From positions 242,464-306,463 of the IMG/VR virus record IMGVR_UViG_3300032268_000832: 64,000 bases of DNA, one strand, 5' to 3'. Shown here one piece after another: positions 16,916 through 26,926 of the stretch; within the stretch, counting starts at the first letter, position 1, and each line of letters begins with the position of its first letter. The position numbers were made by a program, and so were the translations under genes. The notes below the pieces were generated by a model that ran no database searches, had not been told where the DNA came from, and saw only the letters and a list, made by a program, of their open reading frames with translations.

Positions 16916-16983
16916 AAAAAAAGTCCCAATAATTTTTTTATTGGGATTTTTTGTGTATATTTGCAAAATAAAATTATAAAAAA

Positions 16984-17964
16984 ATGGAAGATTTAAAAAG
17001 AAATGAAATTGGTGTGATTATCGGAAGATTTCAATTACCAGCATTACATGAAGGGCATATTTCAGTATTAGATTATGTTACTGAACATCATTCAAATGTT
17101 GTTGTGTTTTTAGGTGTACCTAGAATTCAAAACACGAAAAGAAACCCATTAGACTTTTCAACTAGAAGAAAGTTAATCCAAGAATCATATCCTGATATTA
17201 TTGTAATGGCTTTACCTGATAACAGAAGCGATGAAAAATGGAGTGAAAATGTTGATAATACATTATCGACTATATTCCCAGAAACCAACGCTATTTTATA
17301 TGGTAGTAGAGATTCTTTTTTACCATATTATTCTGGTAAACATAAAACACAAGAAATTGAACAAGTAGGGTCACATAACGCTACTGAAATAAGAGAAGAA
17401 TGTTCAACAAACGTTTTAGACTCTGAAGATTTTAGAGCTGGTGTTATTTATGGGATTTACAAACAAAGACCAGTAACATATCCAACTGTCGATATTGTAG
17501 TTGTAAATAATGAAGGTCAAATCCTTTTAGCTAGAAAACCTGCTGAAGATAAATTTAGATTTGTTGGTGGGTTTGTTGATAGAACTGATGCTTCTTATGA
17601 AGTTGCGGCTAGAAGAGAATTATTTGAAGAAACTAAATTAAGTGGTTTAACACCAACTTATATTGCTAGTCAGCAAATTAAAGATTGGAGATATGGAAAA
17701 GAAGAGTCTGGGATTATGACTACTTTGTTTCTATTTTACGAATGGGACCAAATGGGTAAAGCTGAGGCTTCTGATGACATAGCAGAGGTTAAATGGTTTG
17801 ATTTAAGTGATTTATTTGAACATTCACAAGAACCAAGTCTTGGTGAGGGTCATATCACACCAATCAAATACACTTGGAAATTGAATGATAAAATAGTTCC
17901 AGAACACATTGAATTAATGCAAACGTTTTTAAAGAAAGTAGTAACTAATAAATTAATTAAATAA
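16984..17964 (+). CDS. nadM: bifunctional NMN adenylyltransferase / ADP-ribose pyrophosphatase (NadM-Nudix)
   Basis: IGRFQ..LHEGH (HxGH), RNPL, NATEIR; Nudix box GGFVD...AARRELFEET, ASDD. Confidence 0.93.
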   Translation: MEDLKRNEIGVIIGRFQLPALHEGHISVLDYVTEHHSNVVVFLGVPRIQNTKRNPLDFSTRRKLIQESYPDIIVMALPDNRSDEKWSENVDNTLSTIFPETNAILYGSRDSFLPYYSGKHKTQEIEQVGSHNATEIREECSTNVLDSEDFRAGVIYGIYKQRPVTYPTVDIVVVNNEGQILLARKPAEDKFRFVGGFVDRTDASYEVAARRELFEETKLSGLTPTYIASQQIKDWRYGKEESGIMTTLFLFYEWDQMGKAEASDDIAEVKWFDLSDLFEHSQEPSLGEGHITPIKYTWKLNDKIVPEHIELMQTFLKKVVTNKLIK

Positions 17965-17965
17965 T

Positions 17966-18580
17966 ATGAAATTATTAGAAAAATTAAATATTGATTTAGA
18001 ATATAACCCATTAGTAGTCTTTGGGTCATTTTTTGGTAGTGGTAAGTCAACTATTTTGACTATATTGGCTTCTGAATGTTACAATAACGATAAAAAGATA
18101 TTGTATTTAACAGAAACTAAAGGGTTACATACTATAAAAAAGTTTAACAAAGCTTTAAATGAAAAAAACCTAAATTCTAAATTAACGGTTGTTTCTTTAG
18201 GGTTATTAGACACTGATTTAGAACTTTTCTTTAAGAAAGGTTATGATTTAATCGTAATTGATTATCCATATAATCATAGTGATATTGACAAAATATCTAG
18301 ATTTTCTAGCAACTACAAAACAACAGTTTTTTTAAGTGTACAATTATCTAGGTTTGAACCTCAGAACGGTGTTTTAGAAACTAACAGAAAACCACTACAT
18401 GCTTCTGATGTTTTTGTGATTGTAACTAGAAAAGAAACAAAAAAACAAAATATTTTAGCTAAACTTATGTTTTGGAAAAAACAAAAAAATGTTAATTTAC
18501 GTGTTTTTAAAAACAGATTTGGAAATGAATTTTCCTTAGATGTACATGTTGATTTTGAAAATGTAAAATTTAAATGTTAG
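17966..18580 (+). CDS. stand-alone DnaB/RecA-like ATPase domain
   Basis: GSFFGSGKS, LIVIDY, SVQLSR, KNRFG. Confidence 0.65.
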   Translation: MKLLEKLNIDLEYNPLVVFGSFFGSGKSTILTILASECYNNDKKILYLTETKGLHTIKKFNKALNEKNLNSKLTVVSLGLLDTDLELFFKKGYDLIVIDYPYNHSDIDKISRFSSNYKTTVFLSVQLSRFEPQNGVLETNRKPLHASDVFVIVTRKETKKQNILAKLMFWKKQKNVNLRVFKNRFGNEFSLDVHVDFENVKFKC

Positions 18581-18634
18581 TATAAATTGTAAAATATAAA
18601 AATAAATAGTATATTTGTATAAATTTTAATTATT

Positions 18635-20194
18635 ATGAGACTTAAAAGAAATATTATTCGAAAACTAGAACAAGCTATCGCTAACGATGATATGTCATCT
18701 ATTAAATCGATTGAAAAGGTTCTAAAAAAAGTATTGGAAAAACCAGAAAACTTGGTTTTATGTTCTGATGCTTACAAGTATTCACACCACAGATTCTATG
18801 GTAGTGAAATGACCAAAATGGTTTCTTATTTGGAATCAAGAGGTGGTAAATTCTCTGAAACCGTATTCTATGGCCTTCAAATTATCCTTAAACGTTTCTT
18901 AGAGGGTGTTGCTATCACAAAAGAAGAAGTTGATGAAGCTTACGAATTCTTAGGTACTAAATACGGTGTATTTGGTCGTGATGATGTGTTCGACAGAAGT
19001 AAATTTGATTACATTGTTGAAAAATACGATGGTCATTTACCAGTTAGTATCAAAGCGGTGCCTGAGGGAACTGTTGTAGGTACTCACAATGTACTTATGG
19101 TTATTGAAAGCCTTGACCCTGAGTGTGCATGGTTAACTAACTTCTTAGAAACAATCTTGTTACAAGTTTGGTATCCAATTACTGTTGCTACGTTATCAAG
19201 AGAAGTACGAAAAATTGTTGATGAAGCTTATAGAAATTGTACTTCATACGATGATGGTCTTAGAAGTTTCCTTGTAGATTTTGTACTTAATGATTTTGGA
19301 TTCCGAGGGGTATCATCAGTTGAATCAGCTGGTATTGGTGGTTCTGCACACCTTGTAAACTTTAGAGGTTCAGATACGCTTATGGGTTCAAAATTCATTG
19401 TAGAAAACTACAACACCGACACTATTTATGGTTTATCTATCCCTGCGACAGAACATTCTATTATGACTCTAAGAGGTGAAGAAGGTGAATTAGATTTAAT
19501 GAAACGTGTTTTAACACTTTTCCCAACTGGTATCGTTGCTTGTGTGTCTGATTCATTCAACATTTTTAGAGCGTGTAAAGACTATTGGGGTGGTGAATTG
19601 AAAGAATTAATCCTGTCAAGACCTACTGAGCCTGGTAATCAACTTGTTATCCGTCCTGACTCTGGTCACGTAATCAACTCACTAAGAGAGATTTTCCACA
19701 TTCTTTTCGAACAATTTGGTTATACCGTAAACGAAAAAGGTTACAAAGTTTTACCTCCACAAGTTCGTGTTATTCAAGGTGATGGTATCAATTTAGAGTC
19801 TATCAAAGAAATCTACGCATTGTTGGAAGAAGAAAAAATATCACCAGAAAACTTAGCGTTAGGTATGGGTGGTAAATTACTTCAAGCTGGTATTGACCGT
19901 GATACTCAAAACTTTGCAACAAAAGCTTGTTTTGCGGTACTTGATGGAAAAGAAGTTGATGTGGTAAAAGCACCAACTGAAATGGATGCTGATGGTAACA
20001 TTACCAAATCATTCAAGAAGTCTAAAAAAGGACGTTTGAAATTGGTTAAAAATGAAGATGGTACATACAGAACAGTTACATCTTCAGAGGTTGAATTTGA
20101 TACTGTAAAAGACGAGTTAGTTGAAGTGTTTAACATGGGTAAGCTAACACACGAATGGTCTTTTGAACAAGTAAGAGAAAAAGCGAAATTATAA
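18635..20194 (+). CDS. nadV: nicotinamide phosphoribosyltransferase (NAMPT)
   Basis: SDAYKYSH, LNDFGFRGVSS, IPATEHS, VSDS, IRPDSG, IQGDG, GMGGKLLQ. Confidence 0.95.
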   Translation: MRLKRNIIRKLEQAIANDDMSSIKSIEKVLKKVLEKPENLVLCSDAYKYSHHRFYGSEMTKMVSYLESRGGKFSETVFYGLQIILKRFLEGVAITKEEVDEAYEFLGTKYGVFGRDDVFDRSKFDYIVEKYDGHLPVSIKAVPEGTVVGTHNVLMVIESLDPECAWLTNFLETILLQVWYPITVATLSREVRKIVDEAYRNCTSYDDGLRSFLVDFVLNDFGFRGVSSVESAGIGGSAHLVNFRGSDTLMGSKFIVENYNTDTIYGLSIPATEHSIMTLRGEEGELDLMKRVLTLFPTGIVACVSDSFNIFRACKDYWGGELKELILSRPTEPGNQLVIRPDSGHVINSLREIFHILFEQFGYTVNEKGYKVLPPQVRVIQGDGINLESIKEIYALLEEEKISPENLALGMGGKLLQAGIDRDTQNFATKACFAVLDGKEVDVVKAPTEMDADGNITKSFKKSKKGRLKLVKNEDGTYRTVTSSEVEFDTVKDELVEVFNMGKLTHEWSFEQVREKAKL

Positions 20195-20195
20195 T

Positions 20196-20426
20196 ATGGT
20201 TAAGTATGTAACAAAAAAAACAAAACATAACACAGAATTTAATCTAAAATTGGATAATGACAAAGTTATGGTTAAGTTTGAACCAACTTTCACTCATGAT
20301 TACATTATGGTTACGGAATTTCTAGAAAAACATAGATTGACTAACCATGAAAAGATTGTTTTAATGAATGGGATTTATGATTTGGGTTTCATGTTATCGT
20401 ATAAACCAATTTTAAAAAAAAGATAA
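20196..20426 (+). CDS. hypothetical protein
   Basis: ORF track. Confidence 0.65.
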   Translation: MVKYVTKKTKHNTEFNLKLDNDKVMVKFEPTFTHDYIMVTEFLEKHRLTNHEKIVLMNGIYDLGFMLSYKPILKKR

Positions 20427-20429
20427 ATT

Positions 20430-21044
20430 ATGTTAGAATTTTTAGCAAATAGTTACGTTATACTTATAGTAGGTATCGTAGCAGCCATAGTGACGATGAT
20501 TTCACTAGAGGTAGAAGAAGAAGGGTGGGCAACAACCGCTGTAAGTATAGCGTTAGCTTTGTTGCTTTGGAACTACGGACATGACCTTTGGTCGTTCGTT
20601 AAAGAGGATTACGGAACAACTTTATTGTTTGTTTTGGGTTATCTTGTGGCAGGAGTGGTGTGGTCATTCTTGAAATGGAATGAATTTGTTAAGCGTAAAG
20701 TTAGCATCTACAAAAAAGTTAGAGCTGAGTTAATAGTTAAAAGACCAGATTTTGATGAAAACAGTGATAAAAGTGTGGAGATGTTATGTCAAAAACTTAG
20801 AGAGAATAGAATCTCTGTTTGGGGTTACGAAGTTAAAACAATGGCTGAGTTAAAACTTAAAATAATGCCAATAGGTAGTGAAAACAAAGCTAGTATTATT
20901 GCTTGGATTTCATACTGGCCATTATCTTTGTTGGCAACGTTGTTAAACAATCCATTCAGAAGACTTTTTGAGTATGTATACAGTCTTGTTGCTAATGCTT
21001 ATGATAAAATAAGTCAAAAACATTTTAAATCTTTAAATGACTAA
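20430..21044 (+). CDS. membrane protein
   Basis: 3-4 TM segments, WISYWP motif. Confidence 0.8.
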   Translation: MLEFLANSYVILIVGIVAAIVTMISLEVEEEGWATTAVSIALALLLWNYGHDLWSFVKEDYGTTLLFVLGYLVAGVVWSFLKWNEFVKRKVSIYKKVRAELIVKRPDFDENSDKSVEMLCQKLRENRISVWGYEVKTMAELKLKIMPIGSENKASIIAWISYWPLSLLATLLNNPFRRLFEYVYSLVANAYDKISQKHFKSLND

Positions 21045-21046
21045 TC

Positions 21047-21535
21047 ATGAAAACAGATAAATTCATATTTTTCTGGGGTGGTACCTTTAGTCAATGGTGC
21101 CCCTCAAAGTTTGTTATCGATGGTGTTGAATATAACTGTTGTGAGCAATACATGATGGCTAAAAAAGCTTTGTTGTTTGAAGACGTTGATTCTTACAACA
21201 AAATCATGAACACCAAAGGACCTAAAGAACAAAAAGCCCTAGGGCGTAAAGTCAAAAATTTCAACAAAGACAAATGGGAAACTGTATGTCGTGAAGTTGT
21301 GTATGAGGCTAACTACGCTAAGTTTAGTCAAAACTCTTTGATGAAAAAAGAGTTGTTGCGAAGTGGTAAATTAGAAATAGTTGAAGCTAGTCCAGAAGAT
21401 AAAATCTGGGGTATTGGTATGCACGAATCACATCCAGACATTAACGACAAAACAAAATGGCAAGGAACCAACTGGCTTGGTGAAGCTATTATGAGAGTTA
21501 GAGATAAATTTGATGAAGAGGAAAAATGGCATTAA
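21047..21535 (+). CDS. NADAR (YbiA-like) protein
   Basis: FSQW, EQYMMAKKA, KALGRKV, KFSQN, EASPEDKIWGIG, GTNWLGEAIMRVR. Confidence 0.95.
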   Translation: MKTDKFIFFWGGTFSQWCPSKFVIDGVEYNCCEQYMMAKKALLFEDVDSYNKIMNTKGPKEQKALGRKVKNFNKDKWETVCREVVYEANYAKFSQNSLMKKELLRSGKLEIVEASPEDKIWGIGMHESHPDINDKTKWQGTNWLGEAIMRVRDKFDEEEKWH

Positions 21536-22197
21536 AAGACAATTACCAAAAAAACGATTTCCTAATCAAAAAGACTGGTAAATACAAAACGTTAAGAAGC
21601 GGAATAGTAAAACACGTTCTTAAAATTGGAAACCATCGATTGAAAACAATCGATACGGTTTTAAACCCGATAATTATAAATGGTAGAAGAAGATACAGCG
21701 CTGAAACTGTGTTCTTATATCGAGATTTAACAAGACCTGTATTAAGTATGATAAAGTATATCGATGGCGATTTGGTCCGAGATGCCGACCAATATGACGT
21801 AATTGCGCATTGTTGCAATTGCTTCTGCACGATGGGTGCTGGTATAGCCCCACAAATTAAACATAAGTTCCCTGAGGCGTATGCTGCTGATTGTACAACA
21901 ACAGTTGGGGACCAGAATAAATTAGGTACCATAACCTATACTGAAAACACAACACCTATTGTTGTTAACTTGTATGGTCAGTATGACTACAAGGGTAGAC
22001 AGTTTGGTAAAATGGACTTAGACTATGCCGCTTTGCGTTCAGCACTAGCTGCTATGAAAGATAAGTTTACTGGTAAAACATTTGGTTTACCTATGATTGG
22101 CAGCGGTTTAGCTGGGGGGTCGTGGAATATCATTGAAAGGATAATCCAAGAGGAATTGAACGGTGAAGATGTAACTGTTGTAAAATATGTTCCATAA
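21526..22197 (+). CDS. macrodomain (ADP-ribose hydrolase, DarG-like); domain starts near ATG 21748
   Basis: IDGDLV, HCCNCFCTMGAGIA, NLYGQ, PMIGSGLAGGSW. Confidence 0.9.
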   Translation: MALKDNYQKNDFLIKKTGKYKTLRSGIVKHVLKIGNHRLKTIDTVLNPIIINGRRRYSAETVFLYRDLTRPVLSMIKYIDGDLVRDADQYDVIAHCCNCFCTMGAGIAPQIKHKFPEAYAADCTTTVGDQNKLGTITYTENTTPIVVNLYGQYDYKGRQFGKMDLDYAALRSALAAMKDKFTGKTFGLPMIGSGLAGGSWNIIERIIQEELNGEDVTVVKYVP

Positions 22198-22249
22198 TGT
22201 TTGATTTTTCAAAATAAATTCGTATCTTTGCGGTACGAATTTATTTTTT

Positions 22250-22735
22250 ATGAAAGCTATATTTTTAGACATAGATGGTGTGTTGAACGTAATGCACAGA
22301 GAACGAGATGAGTTTGGTGCGATTTTCCACCAAAATTTTGTTGACAACTTAGGAAAAGTTATCAATGAAACTGGTGCGAAAATAATCATAAGTTCATCAT
22401 GGCGTCATGGTGGTTTACAAAGGATGATTGATATGTGGGTGTTTAGAGAATTGCCAGGTGAGGTCATCGGTATAACACCAGATTTATGGAATGAAATTGA
22501 AGGTGAAGATTTCTATGAAAAGTTGCAAAGAGGTCATGAAATCCAATCAGTGTTGGATAGAAAACCTGAAATCACATCATACGTAATTTTTGATGACGAT
22601 GATGACATGTTACCGTCACAAAAAGGTAATTTTGTGATGTGTTCAAATAACATAAACCACCCTGATTGTATTGATATAGGTTATGGTTTAACAAAAGAAT
22701 GTGCTAACAAAGCAATTCGTATTCTTAACAGATAA
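22250..22735 (+). CDS. HAD-family phosphatase (Swiss-Army-knife RNA repair type)
   Basis: FLDIDGVL, ISSSWR, RGHEI, YVIFDDD. Confidence 0.88.
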   Translation: MKAIFLDIDGVLNVMHRERDEFGAIFHQNFVDNLGKVINETGAKIIISSSWRHGGLQRMIDMWVFRELPGEVIGITPDLWNEIEGEDFYEKLQRGHEIQSVLDRKPEITSYVIFDDDDDMLPSQKGNFVMCSNNINHPDCIDIGYGLTKECANKAIRILNR

Positions 22736-22739
22736 ATTT

Positions 22740-23327
22740 ATGAAAGCATTATTTTTAGACCACGATGGGGTGATATGTCTAGGTAGCGAATTTGGTAGCA
22801 GATTCAAAAAACAAAAAAGAAGCGTTAGTCAAACAATAGCTAATGGTTCTATTCCAGTGATGGAACGATTTGATAATTTCAATGGTAAAGCAATTAAAGT
22901 ATTGAATGAAATACTTGAAAAGACTGGTGCTGAAATTGTTGTTTCCTCTGATTGGAAAAAATGGGCTAATGTTGAAGAATTAGGTGAGTTTTATGAATCA
23001 CAAGGTATAATTAAAAAACCCATAGCACTAACACCAAACCTTAAAGATTTTGATGAATATAGTGATGCTTTATTCCACTACAAAGGTTGGTATGAACGTG
23101 CTAGAATACTTGAAATTGAACATTGGCTTAAGAATAACCCAGTTGAATCATGGGTAGCGGTAGACGATATGCTGCTAGGTGAATATATCAACCAAGATGG
23201 TTCGATTAGATATGGGCTTAAAAATTTTGTTCATACACCAAGACTTTACGAGGGTATTAAACAATCTGGGGTTAAAGAAAAAATAATAAAATTTTTAAAC
23301 GATAAAAATGGCGGAACAATCGATTAA
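22740..23327 (+). CDS. HAD-family phosphatase, tandem paralog
   Basis: FLDHDGVI, VSSDWK, EIEHWL, WVAVDD. Confidence 0.88.
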   Translation: MKALFLDHDGVICLGSEFGSRFKKQKRSVSQTIANGSIPVMERFDNFNGKAIKVLNEILEKTGAEIVVSSDWKKWANVEELGEFYESQGIIKKPIALTPNLKDFDEYSDALFHYKGWYERARILEIEHWLKNNPVESWVAVDDMLLGEYINQDGSIRYGLKNFVHTPRLYEGIKQSGVKEKIIKFLNDKNGGTID

Positions 23328-23490
23328 ATTAGGTGTAGCCAACGAGGGTGAAACTGTTTTACCTATTAATGTTTTAGAAAAATGGGAACCTAAGAATGTA
23401 ACCCAAATAGGTGACACCGTATTCTTCAAACAAGAAGATACATATTATTCAATGAAAGTTGTAGATTTTAGACAATTATATAAATTATGA
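23308..23490 (+). CDS. hypothetical protein
   Basis: ORF track. Confidence 0.6.
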   Translation: MAEQSIKLGVANEGETVLPINVLEKWEPKNVTQIGDTVFFKQEDTYYSMKVVDFRQLYKL

Positions 23491-23930
23491 GCATAACAAA
23501 AGCAATTCAAATCAATCATTTTGATTTAAAAGAAAAAAGAAATTGGGACCGTACTTTTTGGGCGTTTGATATACATGGTACTATCTTAAAACCAAATTAT
23601 CAATATGGTAATACACCAAATAAGTTTTACCCAATGGCTAAAGAAACATTACAATTTCTAAGCAAAATACCAGATATTGTTATGTTTTTATACACATGTT
23701 CTCATCCACATGAAATTGAAGAATACATAAAGTTGTTTGAAAGCAACGATATTCATTTCAAATATGTGAATGAAAACCCAGAAGTTCCAACTGACCCTAA
23801 GGGTTATGGAAATTATGATAAAAAACCTTACATGAACGTTTTGTTTGAAGACAAAGCTGGGTTTGACCCAGAAACAGAATGGTCTGAGGTTTATGAATTA
23901 ATGTCTAACCATTATGGCTCGAATATGTGA
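23487..23930 (+). CDS. HAD-like protein
   Basis: AFDIHGTIL, LYTCS, KPYMNVLFEDKAGF. Confidence 0.75.
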   Translation: MSITKAIQINHFDLKEKRNWDRTFWAFDIHGTILKPNYQYGNTPNKFYPMAKETLQFLSKIPDIVMFLYTCSHPHEIEEYIKLFESNDIHFKYVNENPEVPTDPKGYGNYDKKPYMNVLFEDKAGFDPETEWSEVYELMSNHYGSNM

Positions 23931-24300
23931 TTTAGGTAGATACAATACTTTGAGGGTAAACGATACGTTTTCACCCTTTGAAGAAAAAACAATAAGTTTT
24001 GAGAATCATCAAGGTGAAACTATGCTTATTACCCCTATTGAATTAAAAGAAGAGTTAAATAAATTTATTGACCTTCAGTTTGCTTCCATGACTAGTGAAG
24101 ATTTAGAACGCAAAAAAGAATATATTAAACGAGAGTTAGATAGACAATTAAACAATTTTGAAGTTTCTTTAAGACAACATGTTGAAGATAAGATTAATAA
24201 GATAACTCAAAATGTAATAGAAAGTGTAACATCTAGAGTTTTTGAGGATAAAGTTAAACAAGAAGTAAAACAAAGATTAAAAAAATTATTAGAAGAATGA
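23914..24300 (+). CDS. hypothetical coiled-coil protein
   Basis: ORF track. Confidence 0.7.
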   Translation: MARICDLGRYNTLRVNDTFSPFEEKTISFENHQGETMLITPIELKEELNKFIDLQFASMTSEDLERKKEYIKRELDRQLNNFEVSLRQHVEDKINKITQNVIESVTSRVFEDKVKQEVKQRLKKLLEE

Positions 24301-24599
24301 AAAATAGAATATTTACAGTTTTGTTAATGTTGCTGGTGGCAATCTTAGCAATGGGCTGTGCAGATGTTTCGCAGGTAACTTTCACAAACCCAAATGAACA
24401 TGTTTATGGGTTCTGGGGTGGAACATGGCATGGGATGATTATGTTGCCAAGCTTTATTGGTAGCCTTATTTGGGATGATGTTGCTGTCTATGCAATAAAT
24501 AATAACGGTGCATGGTATGACTTTGGTTTCGTGGGTGGTTTTTTCATTATGTTAAGATTTATCGTTAACCTTGTTAAACCTTTATTTAGTAACAGATGA
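24297..24599 (+). CDS. membrane lipoprotein
   Basis: lipobox LAMGC; GFWGGTWHG...YDFGF. Confidence 0.75.
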   Translation: MKNRIFTVLLMLLVAILAMGCADVSQVTFTNPNEHVYGFWGGTWHGMIMLPSFIGSLIWDDVAVYAINNNGAWYDFGFVGGFFIMLRFIVNLVKPLFSNR

Positions 24600-25351
24600 A
24601 AAAAATAGTTATATTTACAGGTGCTGGTATCAGCAAAGAATCTGGAATCGAAACCTTTAGAGATTCCAAGGATGGTTTATGGGAAAACTTCAAGATTGAC
24701 GAAGTAGCTACACCTGAGGGTTGGCAAAGAGATAGAAGTAAAGTTTTAGACTTCTACAATGCTAGAAGAAGACAATTACCAACAGTGGAACCCAACGATG
24801 CGCATAGAGCGTTAGCCAGTTTAGAGTCTGAATATGCTGTAACAATTGTAACGCAAAATGTTGATGATTTGCATGAGAGAGGTGGTTCGACAAATATAAT
24901 TCATTTGCATGGTGAGTTGACCAAAGCTAGAACATGTTTTGGTATGAATAACCCAAACCTTGTCGCAACACAAACTGTTTATGATATTGGTTACAATGAC
25001 ATAAACATGGGTGACAAGGATGAAAAATATGGTGCTCAACTAAGGCCACATATAGTTTGGTTTGGTGAATATCCTTTTTTCTTTTATAACGCGTTAGAAG
25101 CTTTTATAGAAGCTGATATTATAATCATAATTGGTACAAGTATGAATATTGGTTATACTTATGAATTCTTTAAAAACTGTAAAAAAGACACGCCTATTTA
25201 TTTTGTAGACCCAGAACCAACAAAATCAATTGAGTTAGAATATCCAGACTTGAAAATTACATACATTGAAAAGGGTGCTGTTGAAGGGGTGAATGAATTA
25301 ATAAATAAACTAATGCTACAAGCCATTGGTGATGATAAAAACGACAAATAA
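24596..25351 (+). CDS. cobB: Sir2/CobB NAD-dependent deacylase
   Basis: TGAGISKESGIETFR, TQNVDDLHERGG, HLHG, RPHIVWFGE, IGTS. Confidence 0.93.
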   Translation: MKKIVIFTGAGISKESGIETFRDSKDGLWENFKIDEVATPEGWQRDRSKVLDFYNARRRQLPTVEPNDAHRALASLESEYAVTIVTQNVDDLHERGGSTNIIHLHGELTKARTCFGMNNPNLVATQTVYDIGYNDINMGDKDEKYGAQLRPHIVWFGEYPFFFYNALEAFIEADIIIIIGTSMNIGYTYEFFKNCKKDTPIYFVDPEPTKSIELEYPDLKITYIEKGAVEGVNELINKLMLQAIGDDKNDK

Positions 25352-25713
25352 TGAGTGTAATTAAATTTGAATTAAAAGAAGAACACGTAAAACTATTAAA
25401 AAATTTACGTTGGTCTGTTAACCAAGAGGGTCATATCGCAGGTATTGGTCACGATGGTGTGGAATATAACGAACCCTTTGGTGAAGATGATATGTATGAA
25501 GCCATAGACATTATATTAAATGGTAGACCAGCTGATTTCGACCCGTTTAATACTGAGGAAAAAGTTAAGTATACCGATGAACAAAAAGAAGCGTGGGATA
25601 ACTTATACCATGAATTACCAACAGCGTTGGATGTTGTCTTGTATAATGGAAACTACGAGTTGGGATTATATAAAACAAAATACCACGATAGAGTGTGGAA
25701 AAAAATAAATTAA
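25351..25713 (+). CDS. hypothetical protein
   Basis: ORF track. Confidence 0.75.
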   Translation: MSVIKFELKEEHVKLLKNLRWSVNQEGHIAGIGHDGVEYNEPFGEDDMYEAIDIILNGRPADFDPFNTEEKVKYTDEQKEAWDNLYHELPTALDVVLYNGNYELGLYKTKYHDRVWKKIN

Positions 25714-25717
25714 TATT

Positions 25718-25891
25718 ATGAAAACAAAACTTATTATCTATTTTCTAGTAGCATTGCTAATTATCATTTTGTTTAAAATGATGTTTATTGGTGTGATTAT
25801 CTTTATTCACCTTGTAAAATACATAGCCATAGCAGCCGCTATAGCCTATGGTGCCTACTGGATAAACAAAAAATTAAAAAAAGATGAATAA
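25718..25891 (+). CDS. small membrane protein
   Basis: 57-aa hydrophobic ORF, not in track. Confidence 0.6.
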   Translation: MKTKLIIYFLVALLIIILFKMMFIGVIIFIHLVKYIAIAAAIAYGAYWINKKLKKDE

Positions 25892-25942
25892 CCATTTGGT
25901 TATTCATTTTTTATTTTGTATCTTTGCTAAAAATTACAAAAT

Positions 25943-26926
25943 ATGTTAGAATCTGTCCTTATATCAATTGATGGTCGAGAAAAATTGGCCGAAGAAATTG
26001 TTAAAGCAATCCGAAAAAAATCGTCAGACCCGATAGTTGTTGATTATGCTAATTCACAAAAGTTTTCAGATGGGGAACTATGTGTTGATTTTTGCAATTC
26101 AATTAGAGGTAAACGTGTTTATCTATTGACTAGTCCAAACAACTCGGATGAAATCATCAAATTAAATTTAGCCATAGATGCCGCAAAGCGTGCAGCTGCT
26201 AAAGAAATTATTCCAATATTACCTTATTTTCCGTATGCTCGTCAAGACAAAAAAGACCAATCAAGAGGACCAATCGGTGCTAAGGTTATGGTTGAAATGA
26301 TTGAGCATAGAGGAGCAACTGGTGTTATTACTTTTGATTTACATGCTGACCAAATTCAAGGTTTTTTCAACATACCAGTAACCCATCTAGAAGGTAAAAA
26401 TATATTTGATAGCTATGTGGCTAGTATCTATAACGAAAACACAATCTTGTGTGGTCCTGATGCTGGTTCTGGTAAACGTGTAAAGCGTATGAAAGACCAA
26501 TTAGGTAAATACCATGACATTTCAATCAATTATGTTATGTTGGATAAAACTCGTAAACAAGCTAATGTAATCGATGAAATGGTTATTATTGGTGATGTGA
26601 CTGGTAAAGATGTCATCATATTGGATGATATGGTTGATACAGCTGGTACACTATGTAAAGCGGCTGAAGTAATTATGGAAGCTGGTGCCAATAGCGTAAG
26701 AGCAATCATCAGCCATGGTGTATTATCTGGACCTGCTTTGGGTCGTATTGAAAAATCAGTATTAAAAGAACTTATTATTAGCGATTCTTTGGATAAAGGT
26801 GAAGGCGATATAGGTTTCGGTGTTCAAAAGATAAAAGTCGTGTCAATGGCAAAACAAATAGCCTTAGCAATTATAGCAATTAATAGTCATTCAAGTTATG
26901 AAGGGCTTAAAAAAGAACGTTTCTAA
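25943..26926 (+). CDS. prs: ribose-phosphate pyrophosphokinase
   Basis: KFSDGE, PYFPYARQDKK, DLHADQIQGFF, PDAG, DDMVDTAGTL, HGVLSG. Confidence 0.95.
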   Translation: MLESVLISIDGREKLAEEIVKAIRKKSSDPIVVDYANSQKFSDGELCVDFCNSIRGKRVYLLTSPNNSDEIIKLNLAIDAAKRAAAKEIIPILPYFPYARQDKKDQSRGPIGAKVMVEMIEHRGATGVITFDLHADQIQGFFNIPVTHLEGKNIFDSYVASIYNENTILCGPDAGSGKRVKRMKDQLGKYHDISINYVMLDKTRKQANVIDEMVIIGDVTGKDVIILDDMVDTAGTLCKAAEVIMEAGANSVRAIISHGVLSGPALGRIEKSVLKELIISDSLDKGEGDIGFGVQKIKVVSMAKQIALAIIAINSHSSYEGLKKERF

